The position numbers and the translations under genes were made by a program. This document shows, piece by piece, positions 13,580 through 25,512 of a DNA stretch of 64,000 nucleotides. The notes beneath the pieces are model-generated. The model did not search any database. It was given only the letters and a program-made list of their open reading frames with translations, and was not told the DNA's origin. This stretch comes from Octopus bimaculoides (taxonomy: Eukaryota): contig NC_068992.1 of NCBI RefSeq assembly GCF_001194135.2, positions 65,058,361 to 65,122,360 of the forward strand, in the 5' to 3' direction. Numbering within the stretch: the stretch's first letter is position 1; the number at the start of each line of letters is the position of its first letter.

Positions 13580-15091
13580 GTGCGTGTGTGTGTGTGGTGT
13601 GTGTGTGCGTGTGAAATGAATCTTGCCATCTCCTATTTGGCGAAACATGGATTAAAGTAATTCAAATGTATTGACGTTGAGCATACAGATAATTTATGAT
13701 TTCTTGAACGGAGCAAAACTGCTCCCCATTTGAAATGAATACGCACAAACGTGTGCTTCGATATATTTCTACACCTCACAGATGTATATATGTGTGTGTA
13801 TCTGTGTTTCTGTGCGTGTGTTGCTGCGCGCGCGTGTGTGTGTGTGTGTGTGTGTGTGTATGTTTCTATGAATTCATGTTAATCTTCTAATTTATATATG
13901 CCTACATATGTAAGGGTGTGAATAAAACTGTTCATATTAAGATGGCTGACACTTGATAGATTCCATCGAATTTCTCTCCTCACACATCCGTTCAATTTCA
14001 ATTAATTGTCTGAAAATAAGTTCCTAGAATTAATGAATCTAGGCCAGAATCATTTTGCATTTTTTTGCCTCATCGAATCACTTAAAACGCACTAATTGCT
14101 TCTTTTTGTTGTTATTATTACCGAATCTATGATAATGTCTGATTCTCGAAGAGGCTGTCAGATCAAGTTGCAGAAAATATATTAAATATATTAATCTAAT
14201 GTTTATGAGCAATTATCTTCAAGCAGACACCTGCTGCCGATATTGATACCCACGCGCACACACACTGTATATATATANNNNNNNNNNNNNNNNNNNNNNN
14301 NNNNNNNNNNNNNNNNNNNNNNNNNNNNNNNNNNNNNNNNNNNNNNNNNNNNNNNNNNNNNNNNNNNNNNNNNNNNNNNNNNNNNNNNNNNNNNNNNNNN
14401 NNNNNNNNNNNNNNNNNNNNNNNNNNNNNNNNNNNNNNNNNNNNNNNNNNNNNNNNNNNNNNNNNNNNNNNNNNNNNNNNNNNNNNNNNNNNNNNNNNNN
14501 NNNNNNNNNNNNNNNNNNNNNNNNNNNNNNNNNNNNNNNNNNNNNNNNNNNNNNNNNNNNNNNNNNNNNNNNNNNNNNNNNNNNNNNNNNNNNNNNNNNN
14601 NNNNNNNNNNNNNNNNNNNNNNNNNNNNNNNNNNNNNNNNNNNNNNNNNNNNNNNNNNNNNNNNNNNNNNNNNNNNNNNNNNNNNNNNNNNNNNNNNNNN
14701 NNNNNNNNNNNNNNNNNNNNNNNNNNNNNNNNNNNNNNNNNNNNNNNNNNNNNNNNNNNNNNNNNNNNNNNNNNNNNNNNNNNNNNNNNNNNNNNNNNNN
14801 NNNNNNNNNNNNNNNNNNNNNNNNNNNNNNNNNNNNNNNNNNNNNNNNNNNNNNNNNNNNNNNNNNNNNNNNNNNNNNNNNNNNNNNNNNNNNNNNNNNN
14901 NNNNNNNNNNNNNNNNNNNNNNNNNNNNNNNNNNNNNNNNNNNNNNNNNNNNNNNNNNNNNNNNNNNNNNNNNNNNNNNNNNNNNNNNNNNNNNNNNNNN
15001 NNNNNNNNNNNNNNNNNNNNNNNNNNNNNNNNNNNNNNNNNNNNNNNNNNNNNNNNNNNNNNNNNNNNNNNNNNNNNNNNNNNNNNNNNNN

Positions 15092-15152
<61 letters not shown>

Positions 15153-15459
15153 TTATCTTCCTCTGTCTTTTTAGATACACATCGTACTCTCACACACCAC
15201 CACCGATTAGCTTCACTTTAGAATTTACTTAACTCACGAAGGAAATTGCTCTTATCTCCTCCATCCCCGTCAACTCTGTAAACTTAATACCAGTAATATG
15301 TTACCATCTTACTCCTGGATAGGACGTCTTTTCAAGAACGGAGCTATTGTTTAATCAAAAGGAAACTACACTTAAGTAGATTAAAACACAGCATCGCCAT
15401 ATCGCTACACGAGGCCGCTCTCTTCCTCCCCATCTCTCTGCCTTTCTCTTTTCCTCTGC

Positions 15460-15517
<58 letters not shown>

Positions 15518-16186
15518 ATTGTTTCCCCAATATGTTTATAGGAAACTTCATAATATAGATAATGAATGCGATATTTTTAGACGAATCAAAGAAATGTTAG
15601 ATTATTTGTCTACTCGTTTTACAATCAATCGATTTGATCTTTGTTCTGGAACTAAGCAATAACAGCAGTAATAGACACAAACAATAGAGAACAACAACAA
15701 CAACAAAAGTAACTACTACTAATACTAGTGTTGCTGCTGCTACTGCTGCTGCTGCTGCAAGAAAAGACAAAAGAGAAACGATTCGTTCTATATATAGAAA
15801 CAAAAATTAGATAATGGAACAGGAATCCTTGATACTATTAGATGAGGATTCTAAAAATACATATTTCTTTAAGAAATTATGATACATTGATGATGAAGAG
15901 AATGATGATGATGAGGATGATGATGATGGGGAGGAGGATGTCAATGAAGCTGATAATAATAAGGTTGATGTCGGCAAAGTAAATATAAATAATAACAGTG
16001 ATGATGAGGATGATGATGATGATGATCCTGATGACGATGATGAGCATGCGTAAGAAAGAACTGATAATTACTCCAAGAGGAGACATACGCCCAAGAGAAA
16101 AGGGCTTTCTGCGTCTTTGAATTAAAAGACGGAGCTTTTATAACCGTGTGAAACAAGACTACGCGGCGTTAATAACTTTTCTGCGA

Positions 16187-16392
16187 TAATTGATTTCAAA
16201 TTTTGACACAAGGCCAGCACGTTCGTATGTGGGGCTAAATCTATTACATCGATCCCAATGTTCAACTGGTACTTGTTTTATCGACCATGAAAAGACGGAA
16301 GGTAAACTGACCTCTGCGAATTTGAAATTAAAACGTATAGACGAACGTAAAAACGGAGGCTAACCATTTTGTCCGGCACGCTAACGATTCTG
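16187..16392 (-). mobile_element. tRNA-derived SINE, family A (diverged)
   Basis: Reverse complement gaatcgttagcgtgccggacaaaatg...aagtaccagttgaacattgggatcgatgtaat...ggccttgtgtcaaaatttgaaatca. Confidence 0.85.
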
Positions 16393-17146
16393 TAGGTCAG
16401 AAAGTATTGTATGTGAGAAACAAGTTAAGCATCCGCTGATATTTTGTACTCGGGTAACCTTTTGAAGTAGAAGAAATATATCATAGACACACACACGAAC
16501 ACACACACAGGAACGTGCGTACACATACACCCACGTGCACACACACCCGCTTACAAAAATGCACGCGCGCACATCGAACAGTCGTCAGGGGCATTGACGC
16601 CTTTTGTTGTTCTTGTAGTATGTAAATAGAATAGGCTTAGTCGCAGATCGAACCGAGATCATCAACAGGTTTTGGACTACAAACTAATAATTTCAAATAT
16701 TAATTTTTAATATTGCTACAAACCAGATATGTCTGAAGGCAACACATATTCGATCAAATTAACATCAGATTTTTACTCGTATTTTAGATCTTCGGACGTT
16801 GAAGAATGAAAGCCAAGGTCTACAGGCAGCAGGGTTCCAACACTGTCGTGCCAATCCATTTAATGGTCTATTAACTAAGTCCTAGATATAGAGTTATTTG
16901 GAGGGGGAGGATACGATGCCTATGGCCTTGTCAGTGGCATATGTGAAGCAGGTTTCATGCAGAATAGTAACGTATTTATGTATTGCTAGACATAAATATT
17001 TGACCTAGTTTACGACAGAGTACGTGTGTGTCTATCTAGCTATATATCTCCACTCTCTATCTATCCATCCATCCATACATACATACACAGAAACACACAC
17101 GTATATATATATATATACATATTTACATGCATACCTATATATGTAT

Positions 17147-17546
17147 GTGGTAAGTAGCTTGCTTACCAACCACATGGTTCTGGGTTCAGTCCCACTGCGT
17201 GGCACCTTGGGCAAAGTGTCTTCTACTATAGCCTCGGGTCGACCAAAGCCTTGTGAGTGGATTTGGTAGACGGAAACTGAAAGAAGCCCGTCGTATATAT
17301 GTATATATATATATGTATGTGTGTGTATATGTTTGTGTCTCTGTGTTTGTCCCCCCCCCTACCATCGCTTGACAACCGATGCTGGTGTGTTTACGTCCCC
17401 GTAACTTAGCGGTTCGGCAAAAAGAGACAGATAGAATAAGTACTAGGCTTACAAAGAATAAGTCCTGGGGTCGATTTCCTCGACTAAAGGCGGTGCTCCA
17501 GCATGGCCGCAGTCAAATGACTGAAACAAGTAAAAGAGTAAAAGAG
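17147..17546 (+). mobile_element. tRNA-derived SINE, family B (about 400 bp, internal microsatellite), near full length
   Basis: Head gtggtaagtagcttgc...gggttcagtcccactgcgtggcacc, internal (TA/TG)n, tail ctccagcatggccgcagtc...(taaaagag)2. Homologous to 44461 and 62568. Confidence 0.9.
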
Positions 17547-17599
<53 letters not shown>

Positions 17600-18127
17600 A
17601 TATAAAATCGGACTAAATAAATGTCTGTGTGTCAGCTTTTCTGCTTTATATTGATATGGACCTCTACACAAGAAACCATGCCATATACCAATTATTTTCC
17701 TTTTCCATTCACATAAAGATCTAAGTAAGATGTCCTCATAAATATATTGTTCGAAATATTTCTGATCTTGCATCTTTTATCTGTTTCATTTTACGACCAA
17801 GCTTTTTCAAAATAGCCAAGTTTGTGTGTTATATTCGGATTCATGTGTGTAACATAAACACATGATATGCTGTCATTGATACAAAGCAAACAACTGTGGA
17901 GTGTCAGAATGGATAGTATGTCCGGTTGTCAAGCATTCTCCGTTTGCGTCCGTTAATGTTCTGTGTTCAAGTTCCATGTCGCTCGGGTTTATATTCTTAA
18001 AGCTTTCAGGGTTTTGCAATGACGTAGATCTAATAAATATTTTACATGCCCTAACGGCTGTGATATTCTGCGCATGTCAAATGTCAATATTTCTTTTGAA
18101 CTCAGGCTGTACTTTTATGTCCAGACT
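17600..18127 (-). pseudogene. Unidentified stop-interrupted reading frame (possible decayed TE or other coding remnant)
   Basis: 176 codons in one frame with 5 stops (4 TGA, 1 TAA) and non-repetitive composition. 72 bp of it is duplicated near 19262-19337. No family recognised. Confidence 0.3.
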
Positions 18128-18346
18128 AAATATAGTATGTAAGTATATATTTCTGTATTGATCATGCTAAAGTGTGTGTGTGTTTGTGTGTGTGAGTGTG
18201 CGTCAGTGTGCGCATTATTGCATATACATACGCGTACGTATATGTCCATAAAGGTTTCTGTAAAAACGCATTGACTATCAAATATAAAGTTTGATTGATG
18301 CACACGCATACATACATCTGTATATGCACATATCTAGTGCATACAT

Positions 18347-18377
<31 letters not shown>

Positions 18378-18379
18378 TT

Positions 18380-18431
<52 letters not shown>

Positions 18432-19000
18432 ACACAAGCACGCACGCACACGCCCTTTCATTGATATTTCGAGAAATGTGATCATGAAATTGCATGAAAA
18501 ACAACAGTAAAAACAATGTCAGTTAAATTACATAAAACTTCCCAAACTTACCTGATTGACGGAATCCAGAGAGAAATGACATGAAATAGAAAAAAACGAG
18601 AGAAAAACGCATTAGTTTAATAATAATAAAGGTATAAAATTGATAGTAATATTTAAATGTTATTACATCCTTCACAAAAAAGCAGAAAAATAAATCAACT
18701 GCGAATACTTTTGTACTTCTTATTTCAACAAAAAAAAACAAACAAACAATTTGATAGTAATTCTGCAGGAATTAATAACTTTCTGGTTCATTAGATCGAT
18801 ATTAGATCTATATTTTATTGCAAGCCTAGCTACCCTTTAATTTGATTAAATGTTGTCTGAAAAAGATATTAGCTTGGTGGAAACAGTTACTCGTACACCT
18901 TCCATTTACAGTTTTGTGTAGAATTTTGTTACAGGGCATTAGTTGTTGGCATCAAAGAGTTATATAGAGTATCACTCACATAAATGAGATCCTGTGTATT

Positions 19001-19251
19001 TATTATTGATATTGTTATTATTATTATCATTGCCTTTGCACAGCTTCTAACGCTGGAGATGTACTACGGTGTCAGCTGTACACTACCAGTGAACTAAGGT
19101 AACACCCCTTATTTTCCGAGCACCTTCCGGAGTATTCGGGCGGTTCCAAGCAGCGCTGTTTTCTGCAAGTGCTCCACACTTATTGCAGCCCATATTTGTT
19201 CCACGTACTTCTTACGATTTTTACTCACTGTTCCCAGGGCTCCGACAAGTG
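19001..19251 (-). mobile_element. 5'-truncated R4/Dong-like LINE insertion with (AAT)n tail and 8-bp TSD
   Basis: Frame ending at 19109 reads LVGALGTVSKNRKKYVEQIWAAISVEHLQKTALLGTARILRKVLGK*, the R4/Dong-type C-terminus. A short 3'UTR and degenerate (AAT)n follow. tgtgtatt occurs at 18993-19000 and 19252-19259. Confidence 0.88.
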
Positions 19252-19345
19252 TGTGTATTGCATTCGGCTTCATGTGTGTAACACAAACATATAATATGCT
19301 GTCATTGATACAAAGCAAACAGCTGTGCAGTGTCAGTATATGTAT

Positions 19346-19376
<31 letters not shown>

Positions 19377-19993
19377 CACATACATCATATACATTCATAG
19401 ATGAGTGTGTGTGTAACAAAACAAAAAATGGAACAAGAACGTAACAGGTGACAACAAAGCATTCAGTTTAACGGTACAAAAAAGAATAGGGAAAAATAAG
19501 GACTGGTCATTCTGAGCTTTCAATCTTCAATCGAGTACCAGATCGTCTTTTCAGTTTCGGCCGGTTACTCTCGAGACTGCTCTAATCTGGCCGGCCCCAA
19601 GAAAATCAAAGCTAAGAGCCCTAGATTCTTTGGAAGAAAGCAAGCGAATGTATACGAAAACAAGGACGAAAAAAGAAAACGGAGAAATGGTACACAATTA
19701 CAAATACAAACAACAGGTACTTGAAAAGATATACATCAGGTAGGGTTGGACAAACCTGTGGTTCCGACCTACGGTTGCTAAGTATCAAATAAAATATCCC
19801 GGTTCTATACACAGAGAAAATCAACCCTACGAGTATTTAGCGCCTAGGGGCTAGTCCAAAGGACACATTACGTCGAAGTGTACGTTTTTGGTATACTCTA
19901 GGGTGTCCAACAAGTCGTAAATCCCCTTGATTATAATATAATCAAATGAATAATAACAGATGATGCTTAATTGTCAGCTCATTACAGCTGTTT

Positions 19994-20051
<58 letters not shown>

Positions 20052-20141
20052 TACATACATAAATATACTACACATAGTAATATATATGTATATATCTATT
20101 CTAATCTTTCTATCTAGCTAAATTTCTGCCTGTCTCTCTCA

Positions 20142-20244
<103 letters not shown>

Positions 20245-21517
20245 CATACACAGATACACAACACACATGCATACCCACCCACCGTACACATAGAGTTTGA
20301 ATCTTGACAAGAGATATTAAATTGATATTCTTCTATTTTGTTTGTGTCTCGAGCTTTGTTTGGTTCGAACCCGCATACTATTGATTTCTTTGCATAATAC
20401 ATCAATTTACATGAAGTTTGTAATTAGCAGGTGTAACAGTACTTCCTGACACCTACAAAAACAAGGTCATTGATGTCGTCTCTCTCGTGTACCACAGCTT
20501 TAGACATCGTAGGTGTATTACAATATATTTTAAAATTATTTACCATTAAAAGCCACAGAGCAGGAATATATATGGACAGAGTTAAATGCTGAGACATTGT
20601 CAATACGGGATTATAAAAGAGTTACAATAATATCCATTACGTTATTCTGATTATATTTCCTAGTCTAAGAAATCTTATAAATGAAGTTGGTTTTCATTAC
20701 TCTTTCAGGAAACAATTTGTATAGCGGGAGCATTGCGATGCAAGATGCTATTTTTCAATTCCGTGCTGGAATTTGTCCGTCCTGCTATTGTATAATATTC
20801 TGGACAGAATCGGTAAATTCGATGATCAATTATTGCGGCGGATAGTGTTTGTGTATTGGGAACAAGATTTTATGAGATGCGTTTGTGCGTTCTCCATGAT
20901 CATATGATCTTTCAGTGTTGTTTTTATGTGAGAATAACAATCCGCTATTATGATTTCCTAAATTTCTTTCAAGCTGTGAAAGCAGCAAACTGTTCGTCTG
21001 TTCACGGAAGAAATGAAGGTAGATAGCTTTCAGGAAGCTCAATAGTTCAGATTCATTATTCTTGCAGTTATGGATAATCTCCGATTTCCAATACCGAAAG
21101 TCTTCCATGATTTAGAATAAACACAAAAGGAATTAATATTACAAACTGGATTGATGATTTATTTCTAATATGATTCCATCCAATGAAAAACATTTCGTAT
21201 TTTTCGCTCATGAGCGACATTCACAAACGGGTTACCTCGGTTAAATAACCATTTCATATTTTTCTGGTTTAAATTTATTATAATTACGAATAACACAAAA
21301 TTATAGAATTATCTTAGATTCAACTATCATGTTAAATTTAGTAAACAATGGAAAGAATTACAAACAAATATGTTTTTGCAACATTCATTTCCGTCTTTCA
21401 AAAACTGGATTTGTTATCACCCGCACCCCAAATGAAAAGAAAATAATAAAAGGGACACTCGTTTGTTATGCGCTCAAATCGCCAGTCGCATCTATATATT
21501 ATATACACTAACATTAA

Positions 21518-21719
21518 GGCGGCGAGCTGGCAGAATCGTTAGCACGCTGGACGAAATGCTTAGCTGTATTTCGTCTGCTGCTTACTTCTGAGTTCAAATT
21601 CCGCCGATGTCAACTTTGCCGTTCTTCTTTTCGGTGTCGATAAATTAAGTACCAGTAAAACACTGGAGTCGATGCAATCGACAAGTCCCCTCTCCCCAAA
21701 TTTGCCTTTAGTAGAAATA
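21518..21719 (+). mobile_element. tRNA-derived SINE, family A, with 20-bp TSD
   Basis: Close match to the family head. Flanked by attatatacactaacattaa (21498-21517) and attatatatactaacattaa (21720-21739). Confidence 0.92.
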
Positions 21720-21759
21720 ATTATATATACTAACATTAATTTTAACCAAATTTAATTGA

Positions 21760-21945
21760 AGTAAAGCGATGTGCTATTGGAATCGTCTGCAGTATTTCTA
21801 CAGCTGTTCACGTTCTGAGTTCGGCCGAGTCCAACTTTACCTTCCTTCGTTTTGAGGTCGATAGAATAAGCCCCAGTTGAGCACTGATATCGATGAAATC
21901 GACTTACTCCTTCAGACGAACTTACTGACTTCGTGCCAGAATTTC
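21760..21945 (+). mobile_element. tRNA-derived SINE, family A (older, diverged copy)
   Basis: ggaatcgt...cacgttctgagttc...gaggtcgatagaataagccccagttgagcactgatatcgatgaaatcgacttac. Confidence 0.75.
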
Positions 21946-21999
21946 TACACTGACATTAATTTAAATATATACTAACATTAAATTTAAATAAATTGAATT

Positions 22000-22150
22000 G
22001 GAGTAAAGGGAGATGCTAGTAGAATCGTTAAAGATTCGTAAAATTGCCAGCTGTATTTGTCCAAGCTCTTTGAGTTCTGATATCAAGTGACGTACGTAAG
22101 GGTCAACTTTGTGTTCCATAACTTCAGAGTCAGAAAATGAAAATACCATT
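22000..22150 (+). mobile_element. tRNA-derived SINE, family A (heavily decayed remnant)
   Basis: gctagtagaatcgttaa...gagttc...ggtcaactttg...aaatacc keeps the order of the family motifs. Confidence 0.5.
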
Positions 22151-23364
22151 GAAGTAATCGCATTTATAGCATGAGCTAAATAACGACAAAACTGTTGGCT
22201 TTCCACCTAAAATAGGAACAAATTTGCTGAGTTTCTTTGTCGTATTTTTGATTGGGAAATTCTTGTACTTATTGTCATGTTATTACTGATATCGAAACCA
22301 CAGATAAATGTTTAAAACTACATTTTTACTTCACTGTACACAAAATATTTAATCATGAAAATATCCATGAATATTTTTCATCATTATTTTTTTAGCAATC
22401 CACTCTTTAAAAAAAAGATATTGTAACGATTTTTTAAAATTAATATTACAGGAATTTATGCAACTTAATACTGTTAAATCACTGTAATAATGTGTATTCT
22501 GTTGTATTGATAAAACATTTCTTTTCTCGATCAAGTTAAAATAATATGCATATATAATAATTGCTTTTACGAATAAACAAACGTTTAAATTATATATATA
22601 TGTATATATATATACATGTGTGTGTGTTTGTGTGTGTATACAGATATACAAACGCGTATTGTAGATTTTATTATTATGGAGATTAACCAATGATATGTTT
22701 ATATATAGCAAAAAACCTCCTTTCTCATCAACATCACTATTTTCATTCTTAAGTAAGGAAAAAAATTGGAAATTTCCTTTAATAATTCCAGCTACAAAAC
22801 ACAATCAAATCAACATTCGAGGAAACTTTCATTCTACCCCTTTTCTCAACTGAATCTTGTGCAAATCTATAGAAATATATTTACTGCCATTAAAATGAAG
22901 GCATTTGGCTAAAACACAATAAATGAAATATTTTAAACATTCGTGAAAAGAAAAAAAAAAGATTTCATTCTAAATTATAAATTAATATAAAATTTAGTAG
23001 AAGCGTTCTTTTTTTTTTTTGTCATAGAAAACCTTGTAACTTCCTGAATTGCTACAGATTGGCCGGATGCTTAAGAATGTTATTTCGAAACTACAAAGAA
23101 TCGAGTTCTATCCTATTTCATGGTATGGTGAGCAATTCCCATTTTCTATATCCCCGAGTCGACCGAAACTGTGTACACAGAAACTGTATAGAAGACTTCC
23201 GGGTGATTGGTGTCTGTAATTAAAAAAGAACTCTCTTGTCTCTCTCTCTCACACACACAAGCACAAACACACATGTACACACACAAGCACAAACACACAT
23301 GTACACACGCACACACACACACATTGCTCTTACTGATTCTGCTTGGGAATTGAGTTAACAGTAC

Positions 23365-23470
23365 ACATGTTTGTGGAGTACTCAGCCACTTACACGTTAG
23401 TTTGGGAGGAAGTAATTCAGCTGATTGACCAAATAAATCATCATCACTAAAGGACGGAGATCCTACAACT
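23365..23470 (+). repeat. Interspersed repeat fragment homologous to 7340-7440
   Basis: See 7340-7440. Confidence 0.65.
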
Positions 23471-23607
23471 CACCTTTCTTCTTCTAGATTAGGATTTACA
23501 CACACGCACACACACTCATGTATATATATATGCACACACATGCATATACATATACATACATACATGCGTATGTATAGATGTAAATACAGGGAAAGTGAGA
23601 GAGAGAT

Positions 23608-23681
<74 letters not shown>

Positions 23682-25091
23682 TTGATATAAATATATTTAC
23701 TGTTACTAAAATGAGAATATTTCGCTCAAATATACCAAACAAAATGCCTTAGTGTGTAGAAAAATATTATTCGCAATTAAAATGCAATTCAAAATAAGTT
23801 TGTTTTTCTTATTATACAATTTTACATCAATTATTTGCCGCTTCTATTCTGGTAAGGAATCTAAATATCTAGATAGATAATAGAAAATACATTTTGCAGC
23901 TTTAGAAAACATTTTTTCTTAGCACCAAACATCTTTACCATGGAATATATCAAGGTTTGGTAAACACTCACATCAATTCATTTTGCTAAGGGCGTTATGT
24001 GTCGTTAAGCAAGTAAACATGCAATAAGAAAAAGGCGATACAATTCAGGAGAACTGAAAAGATAAATTAGCAATTGGTATTTTAAAAGAGAAAAAGTATT
24101 GACTTAATTAATATATCTAACGGCAACGAGGCAAGTAATGAACTCACTAACCTGCAACTTCAGCCACCTACTCTGTAGTTTTTAAGCTGAAAGTGTAAGA
24201 TAGAGGGCGAAGGAAGAAGATAGAAGGAAAAGACCGTTGGGGTAGAAAAAGGGAAAAGTAGAGGAAGGAAGATAAAGAGGGTGGGGAAATGAGAGGAAGG
24301 AAGAGAAAAGAAAATGGGTAACGGCAGAGAGAGTTGGACCGAGGGAGAAATATCGTTTTATTGAAAAAAGTTGTTGAGGTGGTAGCTGACAAATAGTTGC
24401 TGAAACAGCACAAATTAAGCGCCTAACTAGGACCCAACTAGGCTAAAATAAACCTGGCCTTAAAATAGCTGCTGCTCGGACGATTTCTCTCTCGTTCTGA
24501 TGTATAGATTATGTTGTCAAACACAGCACGCTCATACGAAATGTTAGGTTCGGACGAATACCATAGTATATTTGGTTTTCAGGGATGTACCTACATTGAG
24601 TATGGTACATACATGGTTATTATACACTAATACTGTGTGTGTGCCTGTATGTGTGTATGTGGTGTGTGTATGGTATATATGTATGTATATATGTATGTAT
24701 GTATGCATATGCATATGTATATATNNNNNNNNNNAGAGAGAGAGAGAGAGAGAGAGATACGTATGTGTATGTACGCTTTTGTGTGTATGTTTATCTGAAT
24801 GGAAGAACTCTTGTTAACACGTTGCATTTTAAATTTATTATAAAACATTATCTCTTAAATATTAGCTTTTTTACGTAATTTTTATGAAAACCGCGTTGCG
24901 GCACATTAAAGGTGTAAAAAAATAAACCAACCATTATCATAAAATCTTTAACATATTTTAAAAATACAGAGCTGCAGTCTTTCTGTCATTTCTATGTGTC
25001 TACATTTGTACGTATGTCTGTATGTATGCATGCAAATTTGGATGCTTTGTTATATTTATGTATTCTCATGCATATTGTTGTATATCTAGAC

Positions 25092-25400
25092 ATGCTCTTA
25101 TATATTTCAATGATAAACCTCTGGAAAGTTTTACAGATTATACAGTTCCAGTGATGGATTCCATCAGTAGTCTTCGAAGTAGCTTTCTCTTTTCTGTGTT
25201 TGGGAAGCTTAATTTCTCAAGATTAGTATTTAAGCTGTGTGTTACATATGCCAGGGCTCCAATAATTACAGGTATATACCAGAACTTGTAATCTGGATAG
25301 AGTAACTGCAGATTTCTCACTAGTTCAGCGTAGGTATTCTCTTTTCACTGATCTTCAGCTTTATGTTAACAACCATTCTGAGGGACGTGTCTTCAGTGCA
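25092..25400 (-). mobile_element. 3' fragment of an RLE-type non-LTR retrotransposon, copy 2
   Basis: With one frameshift reads VNIKLKISE/KENTYAELVRNLQLLYPDYKFWYIPVIIGALAYVTHSLNTNLEKLSFPNTEKRKLLRRLLMESITGTV. Clearly homologous to 13278. Confidence 0.85.
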
Positions 25401-25458
25401 AGAAACTATCAGTAGCTCTTATCTTTATGCGTGTACATGAAATTATATATATATACAC

Positions 25459-25512
<54 letters not shown>

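Noticed and set aside
15880-16052. 55-codon acidic frame (IDDEENDDDEDD...) and similar text at 27859-28066
   Set aside because: Decayed (GAT)n/(CAT)n repeat that stays open in that frame by construction. No start or splice context.
19440-19940. Non-microsatellite block recalled as a possible Penelope-like terminal repeat
   Set aside because: No second copy, ORF or intact hammerhead core in the window, so I cannot classify it from the sequence.
20830-21108. 92-aa non-repetitive ORF (MEDFRYWKSEII...) on the minus strand
   Set aside because: No recognisable domain, no flanking splice sites, and its length is within chance for 64 kb.
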